DNA of 64,000 bases. It comes from Phoronis australis. Taxonomy: Eukaryota; Animalia; Phoronida. A program made the translations under genes and the position numbers. The notes below the pieces were generated by a model. That model was not told the origin of the DNA, did no database searches, and saw nothing but the letters and a program-made list of their open reading frames with translations. The stretch is taken from the NCBI GenBank assembly GCA_002633005.1, contig NMRA01000143.1, forward strand, positions 625,402 to 689,401. Reading direction: 5' to 3'. Position 1 is the first letter of the stretch, and every line of letters begins with the position of its first letter. Positions 56,501 to 64,000 of this stretch are shown here, piece by piece.

Positions 56501-59500
56501 TTAATAGTTTGTTTTATATTGTTGAGAAATTTGACAAAAGTCTTGTTATGTACTGAATAGGTGTATTACTTGCTGGTCATGCTTTGTTTGCAGGCACCAA
56601 ACCTGAGACTGGTGTGAGTACGGGTACACCAGGTGGCATTAGTGTGCCTGGTACTGGTAAGGTAATCACAGGTATTGGAAGTGTGACCAACAGACCTCAG
56701 GTGATCACAGCCACCACCAAAACACCTGTGCAGAGTGAGTTGGAAGTCAATAAGTGTGAAGGCTACATTTTTGAAAATGGATTTTAACACAGATATTCAT
56801 CAAAACTAATGCCCAGTTCACATGTGTTTTTGCTGGCCCTCCAGCAGCAAAGACGCCTGTAATTTGTGACTGGTTGCAAAGGTCACTTTTGCTTTCACTT
56901 TGCTGGAGCTTTGAGTTGAACTTCTAATTTAATGGTAAATGCATCTTTATGTTTTACATTTATTTTGCATTTTGGTAGGGCACCAGTAAAATGGCGACCA
57001 TAGTTAAACGCACTGACCTTGAAAAAAATCTAGTTATTGAAGCAGCAATAATATAGCATTCCGTCAAATAAGCTAAGTTTAGATTTAGACCAGTTTGTAG
57101 ACTAATTAGTGTCGTAAAGTTGGTCTTAACTTGCTCCTCACTGAGATGAGAAGTGATTCAGAGAACTTGTTTTGATGTATGTTGAGCACTACACGGGCTT
57201 TCCTTTTCAGCAAGCTACTGTGTTTATAAGGGTACCAACTATGGTCAGGGCGCCACCTGGGTTGATGGATGTCAGTACACGTGTACCTGCGAGAATGCCA
57301 GGACTGGGCTGTGGAAGTGTACAGAGATGTAGGTGTCCTAACAGTTGACATACTTTGGGTGTTACCATAGAAAATAGTACATGGACCGCCAACTTTGTAT
57401 ATTTACAATGGATGAAATCTGTGATCTTACGCAGAAGTCGTGGCATCATTATTCACTTGCGACACTTGGCAGATATAGCACGCATTACTTCCAGCAAGTA
57501 GGTGGTCTACTTTTCATGATCATTTCGTCGGGAATTGGATTGGTGATTTGCCCAACTCACATCCGTGTTTAAATAAATTGAATGCTCGTATAACATTATC
57601 TTCTTATAGTAAATAAAGCTCAATTATATTAATACTCCAGAAGTATAACCGTCAGGCCTAATCAAAAACCAATCTCGCACTACAACAACGGTTTACTTGA
57701 CGTTTCATTTTGAGCTCGAATGCACGCCGATGCCACTCAAAATTTCTTGACTCTACTGTTGGAAAACCTTGAACAATGTTTCAATGCTGAAATTGTTATT
57801 TTTTCGTTGTACTAGACAGTAAAGTAGGTGAAAGAATTTCCCGTCACAATACACTCACCGGAAGCTGAGCTTGCTATGTTTAGAGGTGGTGGCTTTTCTA
57901 GTATATTTCGCAAAAAATGTCGGAAGTTGGGAATCTGTTGTCTATAATCCATGGTGTGACAGAGTGTCTGGTGTACAATCATGTGTACATCAGTTCATAC
58001 CGTGTCTGTGCTAACATTTGGAATGGCATTTGGTATTGTTGATATAAAAAACATCTACAATACAACTGTAGTTATAGACTGTCATGATTATCACATGGGA
58101 TAGTGTTAATGTGTATTTGTGTTTTGTCAAGTAACTTATTTTTAGAAGCTCCAGCGTATCTCTATGTGCAGTGTTCCAGAACCTTCCAGCAGCATGTAAA
58201 ATGAAGGTCTTCTTATACATAGCAGTGCTTTTTACAATGTATCTACTGCAAAATTAGAAACTCCAAGGTTCCTTGATTGCTCAGTATCCCAGAACCTCCC
58301 ATCAGCATGCAAGATGGCGCCCTCTGTATCGGAGATGGTGTTGTCTGTTTTACATCGACAGTGGATCATTACATGCTTTTATTCTTTCCTAGGTGCCCAG
58401 TGTTCCAGAACCTTCCATCAGCATGTAAGATGAGTCCTCCATTACCTGGAAAGTGCTGCTCGTACCCGTCATGTCCGGATGGCTACACAATTATCTACCC
58501 TAAAGGTGAAACGCTATTTATGCTCTGATATTTGATTATTTTAGTTCTGTTTGTAATTTTGAAAATATTGAACTCCTTTCGCGCATTTGGTTCCATTAAT
58601 GTCCTAAGCAAAGTGAGGAATAAATTTCTGGTCTTGCAACCAGTTCCATTATTGTGTTGGGACACATTAATTTGTAGTTTTCTTTGATTGTACAGTAGTA
58701 AATCCTCAGTTGCTCTTACATTACGTACCATTCTCCTGAATTGTAAAAATCAAGAAATTTCCAGTATCACGATCTCATCTAGAATCACACTTGAGTAAAC
58801 TTGTCAAGCACACCTTTTGTGTTGGTACACAATACTGTGGTTAAGCTGGTCAGAGCTTACAGTCACACAAAGGAATCGACAGGTGAAAGTTTTATAGTTA
58901 ACTCTTAATTTCTGTGGAAGTCAACTGTTTTTCTCCATTCAAAGTTTTTTGGTGAAAGTATTTCATACAAAGCACATTTGCTTCATGACATTGTTGAAAG
59001 TTGTTTACAAATATGGGTTAGCATCAGGCAGGTTGTTTACACATAATTGTTGGATTACGTGAGTTTATCAGATGAAAGTAGGCATTAAGAGAACTGTGTA
59101 AACATTGGTTTGCCACTGATAACTACACAACTGTATCCCAACTGGATGACCAATCAATCAGGATACTCGTTCCACTAAGCGGGTGCGTTGCGCAGACCTT
59201 ATTTTTGGTTTTGTGAACTGCCTTAAACTTGTTTTGATGTGATGCTGCACAGATTTTCGACCTATAAAGGTTTGTTCATCAGTGATCTCACTTTAAATGT
59301 TGATGACCGACTATTCTACAGGAACTAAGCCTGAGACAGGAGTCAGCACAGGTACACCAGGTGGCATTGTGGTTCCAGGAACCGGCACCGCAATCACCGG
59401 CACCGGCTCAGTCACTAACAAACCAATAACGGTGACTGTGGCGCCATCTCTTGTCACTAGTGAGTACCTCTGCTTTCATGACTACTGGGCAATGCTGATT

Positions 59501-62500
59501 TTGAAGAAATATCTCAACAATCTTGTCTTATTGTTTAGAAAAGTAGAGAATTCGTAGTTGAGATATAGTTGTTTAAAATGTTATTGAAAATGCTGTAAGT
59601 TTAAAAAATTTAGAAATTTAATGCAAAACGCTCATTCAACTTGAGACTGAATTCAGCTCCAAAATGGAGGTTTCCAGTTTGCCACTTGTCACTCCAAGTT
59701 GGAAGCCATTTTGGCTGACATCTCAAACTTCTTCATTTTGTATCAAACAACAAACAAATTCTGATAAAAACCATAATCATAGACTGTCGAACTTGGCAAA
59801 CCTATTTTGTACGGTCAGTATTGTCAGTATTGTCAGTATTGTCAGTATTGTCAGTACTGTCAGTACTGTCAGTATTGTCAGTACTGTCAGTATTGTCAGT
59901 ATTGTCAGTATCACTGAAACCTTGCACTTCTTCACGATAACTGCTTGAGCACTAAATTTTTAAAGTAATCGACATGTTTTTCTCCACTCTTTTTAAATGA
60001 AAAAATAGGTTATATCAGAAAATGCCTTTAGTTTACTGATTACTATAATTTCAGAGTACTGTGTATACAAGGGCAAAAATTATGGTCAGGGCTCTACGTG
60101 GGATGATGGTTGTCAGTACACGTGTTCTTGTGAGAATGCCAACACGGGACAGTGGAAGTGTGTTGAGAAGTGAGTTGGCCAGTTCACCGTGTGCTTTTAT
60201 TGTAGAAGCCATGTATGGTATAATGTGGCTGACGTGTTGTTGTGCGGTTGTCTGTCTGATCGATTGTCTATCTGTCAAATTGATATCACAGTGCATGGAA
60301 GTCACTTCTCAATTTGCCCCACCCCCTAGGCCAGGATGGGTGGGGTTTTCAATTGGTATTTTTGGGGGAAGAGCATTTCTGGATGGCAACTAAAGAAACA
60401 TGATTTCAATGAAACTTAACAGTGCGCCAGCACATTTCATTTTTAGGCAGATTCGATCATGGCAACACCCTCTTATGCCCACTTTTGTCTCGACGAGGGT
60501 TTTTCAGTTATCTCGGGAAAGAGCAATTCTCAAAGTGACATCTTAAGAACCATTTGACAAATTTCAAAGAAACTTGAGTCCAAAGATTTTCGGCTGGTTG
60601 TGACTTGCAGAGCCCCCTACTAACCATTGTGGTCAAAAAGTAACTTGTCCAGTACTTTAGAGAAGATCATTTTTGGATGATACCTTTAGAACCAATTGAT
60701 AGATTTCATTGAAACTTGACACAGAGGCTTTTGACGACAATGCACCAGCACCAGTCGATTTTCCGTCTTGGGTGAAATATTGAATCTTGTAAAACACGAG
60801 TCATAACCAGATAGGTTACATAAGGTGTCAATCAAATCATTCGCAGAAGGTCATATCAAGTACACGTTGTCTGTTTGCAGGTTCATGTTATTGTTTGTTA
60901 GCCATGTATTTTGCACAGTGTTCTGGAGGAGTCGCATTTAAAGCTAACACAAGTTTTAACTTTACTATATCTTGGCCAATTTCGTTGTATTAAAATGAAT
61001 TCCTGATATTTTCTTGCGTATTAGACAGATTGACCCAATGGTAAAACAAAAATAAGTAGAAACGTTTCAATAAAGTCTGGCAAGGTTAGTTTGTAAAACG
61101 ATCCAACCAGTCAGGAAGAGGAAGTCTGCGCTCTGTGAGATGCTTTCTCCACTTTCATAACAGAAAACTTCTAGGAAAAGTTGAGATGTGTGTGAGATGA
61201 AAATGACTGGAGTAGCCACGCCCATTGGGTTGGTTTTCAAATTTGCCATGTTTGTGTAATAAGTGGACTTAACTAGCAGTGGTCACCATTTTTTTCCAGT
61301 TGTCCAGTTGTCTGCTCAGTATCTCAATATTCCTGCTTGTATTTTGAGGATATTTGGAGCAAGGGTTTAGGGCATCATAAAGGCAGTGTGTACCACTTTT
61401 CATTATTCCCTGTCCATGGTGTAGGAGTGTGGGGCTTCTCAGCATTTTTGGTGAAGAGCATTTCCGGATGATGTCTAGAGAACTGAATGTCATTTTTCTA
61501 TGAAACTTGACATAATATGTAATGGGCTTTTGGGTACTCCGTTTGATCCCACCAGCACTTCCTTGTGGCTATTTTGGTCTCAACAAGCTGCTGTTTAAGA
61601 AATTTAGAGGAGGGGAGTGTTTCTGGGTGATATCTAAAGAACCGATTGTCAAACTTTAATCATGAAACTTTACACAGAGGTATATGACAGCAATATGCCA
61701 CTTTGCTTATGGGTTGATGTAACTACCCCAGCACCTCTAGTAATGTTCCATTTTGTAGATAATGGCAGCTACGAGTTTTAACTACAAATAATGTGCCCGC
61801 CCCCTTATGTCATCTAATTAAACCTAACGTACTTGTTAATCCAGTTTTCAAAAAGTGAAAATTAATTCGTTCTTGACCAGTGAAAAATGCAATCTTTTCA
61901 ACAGGTGCCCCAAGTGGACGAGCCTTCCCGCAGGCTGCTCTCTGGCACCTCCGTCTCTGGGCAACTGTTGTGCTTACCCTAAATGTGGTGATGGCTATAC
62001 AATCATCTGGCCAACAGGTATAGGATTGTATGACTTGTCCAATTGCAAATTAAAGTTTGAGTATCATGCAGCAAAACTTTACTTAAGTATTAGAAACTAG
62101 GTTACAAAGTGCCGTTTATTTGTTACTCATGTAACTGGTTAATGACTTTAAAACTACCCCCATCCAGGTACCAAGCCAGAAACGGGCGTGTCCACAGGTA
62201 AACCAGGTGGTATCCATGTAACAGGAACAGGCACCGCAGTCACAGGTGTGGGCAGTGTCACCAACAAACCTATCACGATCACCGTGCCTCCGATCACCAT
62301 GGGTCAGTCACATTGTGTAACGTTACGCTTAATAATTTGATGCGTAATTGTTCATATTTTGTTTAATAAGGTTTTGATTTTTGTCATGGCTTTAGAAAAA
62401 GATTTGAGCCTGTTTTGCTGAAATGCCAGTTGTTCTTGCTTAGGGTATAAACTTCAAATTCTTTCCTTAAAATAGCATGTCCCACAGTAAGGCAAAGTAC

Positions 62501-63079
62501 AGTCTGGCTCTTTCCAATCAATGGCTTGACCCACTGATAGTTTATTTTTTAATACATTAACCGTTCTGGCCAATTGTGTGCCCCATAGATAGTCTACTTG
62601 AATAAATTGTTTCTGGCCAATGACATACTCCGCAGTGATGTAATTTGAATATGATGTATTCTGTAGCCAATGGTTGCACATACAAAGGTACCTCATACAA
62701 AGAAGGGCAGACTTGGGATGATGGATGTACCTATTCCTGTGTCTGTGAGGACGGCAAGACTGGACAATGGAAGTGCAAGGCTAAGTAAGAGTTGTTGTTT
62801 TCTTTAATTTTAGTCTAGTCTCAGACTGTTAAATTAAGTATCAAAATTTTAAGGTCATGTCTGAGGCTTCATACAAATCAAATATTAATAAATAGAGGTT
62901 ATTGGTGTCCTTTCATTCTAATTGCTTCTGATCTCACAAAGTAACATATGATTTCACTTTTTCCAGGTGCCCTTCATGGAATAATCTGCCATCAGCGTGC
63001 AGTCTCAGTCCGCCTTTGTCTGGCAATTGCTGCAGCTATCCCAAGTGTCCTAGCGGATACACAATCATCTATCCTAATG
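1170..63079 (+). CDS. Partial multi-exon gene (63 non-redundant exons, about 2,800 aa in window) for a giant mosaic extracellular protein: CTL-VWA-IgGFc_binding-acidic motif-VWAx3-ShKTx5/VWC-like x11; 5' and 3' ends outside window
   Basis: Every exon is bounded by AG/GT and intron phases match from exon to exon. The summed length of 8,424 nt is divisible by 3 (starts and ends in phase 1) and there are no in-frame stops. The first exon begins at an acceptor (ttcag|1170); the last ends at a donor (63079|gtcagt). Joining all exons into one transcript is inference from phase continuity. Confidence 0.88.
1981..2300. repeat. Degenerate (GAT/GAC/GGT)n trinucleotide microsatellite in an intron of the CTL domain
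   Basis: Directly visible; it explains the poly-Asp/Met/Ile ORFs. Smaller patches at about 4858-4890 and 5060-5165. Confidence 0.95.
3265..6148 (+). CDS. VWA domain 1 (exons 3265-3405, 4371-4503, 5375-5532, 6014-6148)
   Basis: CSAKQADIVFVVDASGSVG...VRIGMVTFD...RGTETWEAV...ARSGVPHIAIFLTDGRS...VFAIGIG...VADFNAL...KTCK; DxSxS MIDAS, T and TDG present. Confidence 0.95.
5557..5830. repeat. Diverged intronic tandem duplication (about 150-bp period)
   Basis: gagtgcttcacgag...tttgtg.ttag...cacaaaa.ctgaca.tgc...ccat..aacaaaatc occurs at about 5557-5670 and about 5710-5830. Confidence 0.75.
6400..16229 (+). CDS. Pro-rich linker plus IgGFc-binding protein N-terminal-like domain (exons 6400-6523, 6982-7150, 7731-7944, 8741-8871, 9196-9411, 10477-10714 [duplicate 12466-12703], 14560-14732, 16128-16229)
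   Basis: Motifs typical of the FCGBP N-terminal family: DNKGTRFIFAFGEN, DGFLALPVDILGTEY, GDLTGTRITADKPIAVLSG, DHLVEMLPPTSTWGKNF, DPSMTMIPPVGQW, ESYGFPAG. Exon phases are consistent. Confidence 0.9.
8386..8686. mobile_element. MITE/foldback-like element with internal approx. 20-bp subrepeats
   Basis: acgtgttgaaatgtgcttcatctactcgtacgttt (about 8386-8420) is the imperfect reverse complement of aaaagtatgtgtagattaagcacatttcaacatgt (about 8652-8686). Internal aaaagtacgtgtagattaagc-like repeats. Confidence 0.65.
10387..14355. repeat. Tandem approx. 2-kb duplication (10387-12374 / 12376-14355) joined by a single n; likely haplotype artefact
   Basis: Collinear copies with scattered SNPs and small indels; the junction is exactly the n at 12375. 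Confidence 0.9.
12466..12703 (+). other. Second copy of the IgGFc-domain exon at 10477-10714 (probable alternate haplotype)
   Basis: Identical protein with three synonymous differences (ggc/ggt, gtc/gtt, gga/ggt); lies in the block duplicated across the n at 12375. Confidence 0.85.
14217..14369. mobile_element. Short MITE-like repeat (ggtggatccagg ... ccttgatccgccc)
   Basis: Imperfect terminal inverted repeats aggtggatccagg / ccttgatccgccct; a truncated copy starts at about 12236. Confidence 0.5.
15596..15759. repeat. Interleaved inverted repeats A-B-A'-B'
   Basis: A 15596-15629 vs A' 15694-15727 (33/34 reverse complement); B 15662-15693 vs B' 15728-15759 (32/32). Confidence 0.9.
17640..18105 (+). 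CDS. Acidic putative metal-binding motif (exons 17640-17727, 18055-18105)
   Basis: PCKLTPVVVGDGIDNDCDGRIDEELPNSK/DDDGDGKVDEDLAKTIG; resembles the 'DGxDNDCDGxxDE' putative metal-binding (MopE-like) repeat. Confidence 0.85.
18651..20841 (+). CDS. VWA domain 2 (exons 18651-18802, 19373-19557, 19940-20055, 20713-20841)
   Basis: CGTNPADVVFLLDNSGSVG...VRIGIVKFS...GGYTNTGDAL...DRPGVVNIGIVMTDGKS...SIGIG...LTCE. Confidence 0.95.
21365..25745 (+). CDS. Linker exon 21365-21409 and VWA domain 3 (exons 21803-22020, 25039-25264, 25623-25745)
   Basis: VPKVTTAPPVVPTAK; CDIQADVMFLLDTSGSVG...RVGVVKYS...GGITETAKGI...DRPGVPDIAIIVTDGKS...VFAIGIG...QACK. Confidence 0.94.
22235..23093. repeat. 429-bp tandem duplication joined by n at 22664; likely haplotype artefact
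   Basis: 22235-22663 and 22665-23093 are near-identical. Confidence 0.88.
22470..24470. mobile_element. Non-autonomous repeat (DINE/HINE-like) with internal degenerate tandem array
   Basis: Begins with a cgtccgtctg/gtctgtctgtcc tract, then recurring ttcat(g/a)aaattt, gatggatccgact and ccmcctagtggc motifs. A related head fragment lies at about 38900-39030. The family assignment is inference. Confidence 0.6.
25811..25973. repeat. Minisatellite, 6 units of 24/27 bp (cttgttcaggatgacatgtcagtt[tgt])
   Basis: Directly visible. Confidence 0.95.
26440..26895 (+). mobile_element. Interspersed repeat, copy 1 (copy 2 at about 58730-59185)
   Basis: Shared caagaaatttcca..atcacgatct.atctag, ggtcagagcttacagtcacacaaaggaatc.acaggtgaaagtt, ggattacgtga and atactc.tcc.ac blocks. 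Confidence 0.8.
27068..33609 (+). CDS. Linker exon 27068-27118, VWA domain 4 (exons 29884-30017, 31068-31266, 32103-32210, 32898-33020) and 27-nt linker micro-exon 33583-33609
   Basis: CDRPADFVFVLDSSGSVG...VGVMRYS...GGTNTAQAI...ARKGVPHIGIVITDGES...MYAIGVG...KACA. The micro-exon (PKPTQPPTT) has tacag/gtaagt sites and is phase 1-1. Confidence 0.92.
27940..29809. repeat. Approx. 935-bp tandem duplication joined by n at 28875; likely haplotype artefact
   Basis: 27940-28874 and 28876-29809 are near-identical. Confidence 0.88.
31431..31585. repeat. 24-bp minisatellite (catacatacatacatgtatacact)n
   Basis: Directly visible. Confidence 0.95.
32529..32782. mobile_element. Decayed MITE-like element
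   Basis: ggcctggttccagtagaactgattt vs aaagtcagtttcttggagcgggcc form imperfect inverted termini; gacttaagt palindromes inside. Confidence 0.5.
34533..35352 (+). CDS. ShKT domains 1 and 2 (exons 34533-34673, 35194-35352)
   Basis: CRDRIPNCDHYSRDTCTNFVSWANKNCKMFCGLC and CVDKVDNCASYGSDFCTDYKDFAADKCPRFCGFC: six Cys with the CxD...CxxxCxxC ShK pattern. Confidence 0.92.
35786..38809 (+). CDS. VWC-like modules 1-2 (exons 35786-35903 + 36556-36695; 38225-38339 + 38667-38809)
   Basis: CYYKGSQYNTGDTWKDGCDYECTCDDARQGLYTCNNM/CPVYYNLPKQCVLTKVPGECCKKPVC; 10 Cys with CxC and CC. Confidence 0.9.
36101..36435. repeat. Minisatellite, about 8 units of 42-46 bp (accttctgtagtacactgttacactgtaagtgatttagtgctctgc)
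   Basis: Directly visible. Confidence 0.93.
37131..37320. mobile_element. Interspersed repeat; inverted copy at about 57750-57950
   Basis: caacagattcgcaactccgacattttcttgcgaaatatcctagagaag is the imperfect reverse complement of cttttctagtatatttcgcaaaaaatgtcggaagttgggaatctgttg; further blocks also match. Confidence 0.75.
40214..40360 (+). CDS. ShKT domain 3
   Basis: CSDKLPNCDAYGKSMCSNPDFVSWASDNCAKYCDLC; ttccag/gtgagt sites, phase 1-1. Confidence 0.92.
   Translation, partial: LLNQSLRLCALTSSPTVTPMANLCALILTLCPGPVTTVPSIVTFVNLL
40409..40552. repeat. 21-bp minisatellite (ggtcagccatcactagctact) x7
   Basis: Directly visible; lies just after the ShKT3 donor site. Confidence 0.95.
41213..49917 (+). 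CDS. VWC-like modules 3-6 with Thr/Gly/Pro linkers (exons 41213-41324, 42145-42275, 43409-43489, 44632-44746, 45644-45888, 47417-47531, 47929-48065 [or 48071], 48399-48516, 49364-49461, 49804-49917)
   Basis: Each pair reads CxYxGxxYxQGxxWxDxCxxCxC...C/CxxY(W)xxLPxxC...CCxxPxC, with consistent 1-2/2-1 phases. Confidence 0.9.
43654..44053. mobile_element. MITE, PIF/Harbinger-like, with CAG target-site duplication
   Basis: cag|ggcccggtctctaatctttgtactcgaaa ... tttcgagtaaaaagattggagaccgggcc|cag. Confidence 0.8.
44056..44210. mobile_element. Second short MITE abutting the first
   Basis: ggtctgtttcatgaaa ... tttcatgaaacggaacc inverted termini, followed by cag. Confidence 0.6.
48723..48863. repeat. 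37-bp minisatellite x4
   Basis: tttgaccgagcttgaccaagactacgtcatctttgta repeated. Confidence 0.95.
49060..49240. repeat. Degenerate approx. 40-bp tandem repeat
   Basis: ttaattgtcca..catgcagtaattgg.ctaatt.aaaag-like units. Confidence 0.8.
50198..52121 (+). CDS. VWC-like module 7, ShKT 4 and 5, linker (exons 50198-50312, 51113-51339, 51662-51832, 52059-52121)
   Basis: CVYNDQVYRQGDRWEDGC.../CPRYPALPKEC...CCQKPQC then CRDVLDNCADYGNDACSSTYEGWARENCAKRCGYC; CQDSIPNCQDYGSYVCSGDYLGWAIDNCPRTCRLC. Confidence 0.92.
52108..55453. repeat. Approx. 1.7-kb tandem duplication (52108-53810 / 53812-55453) joined by n at 53811; likely haplotype artefact
   Basis: Copy 1 ends inside a VWC-B exon (tgccctgtatggc); copy 2 begins inside the preceding linker exon. 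Confidence 0.9.
53329..63079 (+). CDS. VWC-like modules 8-11 with three GTKPETG linker exons (53329-53446 [duplicate 55044-55161], 55440-55555, 56594-56734, 57211-57328, 58393-58505, 59322-59459, 60055-60169, 61905-62017, 62168-62302, 62667-62784, 62967-63079)
   Basis: Repeating exon triplet: GTKPETGVSTGxPGGI linker / CxYKGxxYxxGxTWxDGCxYxCxCExxxTGxWKC / CPxxxxLPxxCxxxPPxxxxCCxYPxC...TIIYP. Confidence 0.9.
53478..53652. repeat. 15-bp minisatellite (gtgtcttattgaagc)n; shorter allele at about 55195-55297
   Basis: Directly visible. Confidence 0.95.
59814..59910. repeat. 9-bp tandem repeat (gtcagtatt/gtcagtact)n
   Basis: Directly visible. Confidence 0.95.
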
Positions 63080-63164
63080 GTCAGTTATCATAGAGAACTT
63101 TTGATAAATATCTTGTCTTACTTTTTATTTATACCACAATATTAGCGTCAAATGGCAAATACAA

Positions 63165-63553
63165 GTTACCGTGTAGTAACCCATTTAGTTATCTCACTAG
63201 TGAAATAACATTTTGGTGGTAACCCAAGGGCGGTTTCGAACTCGGGCCTCAAGAGTTTGGAGTCGCCGACTTTACTAGACTACACCACTCAGTGGCTGAC
63301 GTCATCGAACGTGAAAATAGAATACTTAAATGAGCACGCGCAACAATCGCATGTTCAGCAATGGGCATTGTGCCGACATTTATACGCTGTGAAAAATAAG
63401 ACGCACAATTTCCACAAAAAGTATATTTTAATTCAGTGAAGGATTTTCTCGCGTGTTCTCTCATTTGTAAATCACCGATCTCCAATTTGAATGCGGGTAT
63501 CGTGTCATCGGGATCCTTTGTCTTGAGCATTATACTCAGTTACTACTGGTAAC
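63165..63553 (-). mobile_element. Interspersed repeat containing a tRNA-like (Pol III A/B box) segment; partial copy on + at about 21527-21605
   Basis: Minus strand: gtggtgtagtctagt...gactccaaa...gagttcgaaacc...ccaaaatgttatttcactagtgagataactaaatgggtta. This matches gggttcgaaatc...ccaaaatgctatttaacactgttaaataactaaatgggtta at 21529. Confidence 0.65.
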
Positions 63554-64000
63554 CTTTAGCAGACGATATTTTCCCGGTCGAGGCTTAGCGTGATAAAATA
63601 TGTAGTAAGCTACATGACTTCGCCATGTAATACTCTATATATATATTTGGCAATTTGTGCTATATTCAGTTTTACCATCTTGCCATAAACATTCCACTAA
63701 ACGAGATGATGTCAAACCCCACTGATCAGGGAAAACTGTGGGGTTTGGCCGATTGAACTGGAGCGTAATTTATCCAGCTTGGCTGTGTTGCGCTCAGGTC
63801 ACGATTAAAGGGATCCTGTCTAGCTGCTCTATTCATCGAGTCATCAGCAATGGTAACTGGATTCGCTCATGCGGAGACGATCAGCTGATTACAATCTAGC
63901 CTAGATGACCGTACTTCTTATGCAGAGCGTTTTACGTAGTTTTGAGTGTAATATTTGAAGAGGAGACAAAAAAATGTTGGTACAACTTTGAATTTTTCAA

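Noticed and set aside
56594-56620. KPETG resembling the sortase LPxTG motif
   Set aside because: Leu is absent, there is no following hydrophobic/charged tail, and the gene is an intron-containing animal gene; treated as coincidence.
63215-63290. Functional tRNA-Trp gene on the minus strand
   Set aside because: Acceptor and anticodon stems pair poorly and the flank is shared with another repeat copy at about 21527; classed as tRNA-derived repeat.

Overview
Eukaryotic (animal, probably marine invertebrate/lophotrochozoan-type) genomic DNA, AT-rich and intron-dense. Almost the whole window is the interior of one very large + strand gene. By hand I traced 63 non-redundant GT-AG exons (1170-63079) that splice in frame with no stop codon: 8,424 coding nt, about 2,800 aa. 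The start and stop codons lie outside the window. Domain order: C-type lectin (EPN/WND) - VWA1 - Pro-rich linker - IgGFc-binding (FCGBP N-terminal-like) domain - acidic DGIDNDCDGRIDEE/DDDGDGKVDED motif - VWA2 - VWA3 - VWA4 - ShKT x2 - eleven 10-Cys VWC-like modules, interleaved with three more ShKT domains and Thr/Gly/Pro/Val-rich linkers. The product is best read as a giant extracellular mucus/matrix/innate-immune mosaic protein; no signal peptide is visible in the window. Four near-identical tandem duplications each sit on a single 'n' (12375, 22664, 28875, 53811) and are most likely uncollapsed haplotypes. The introns carry minisatellites, MITEs, a tRNA-derived repeat, a repeat array rich in CTCF-like motifs and an interleaved inverted-repeat structure. 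All calls are by eye; no database search was run.
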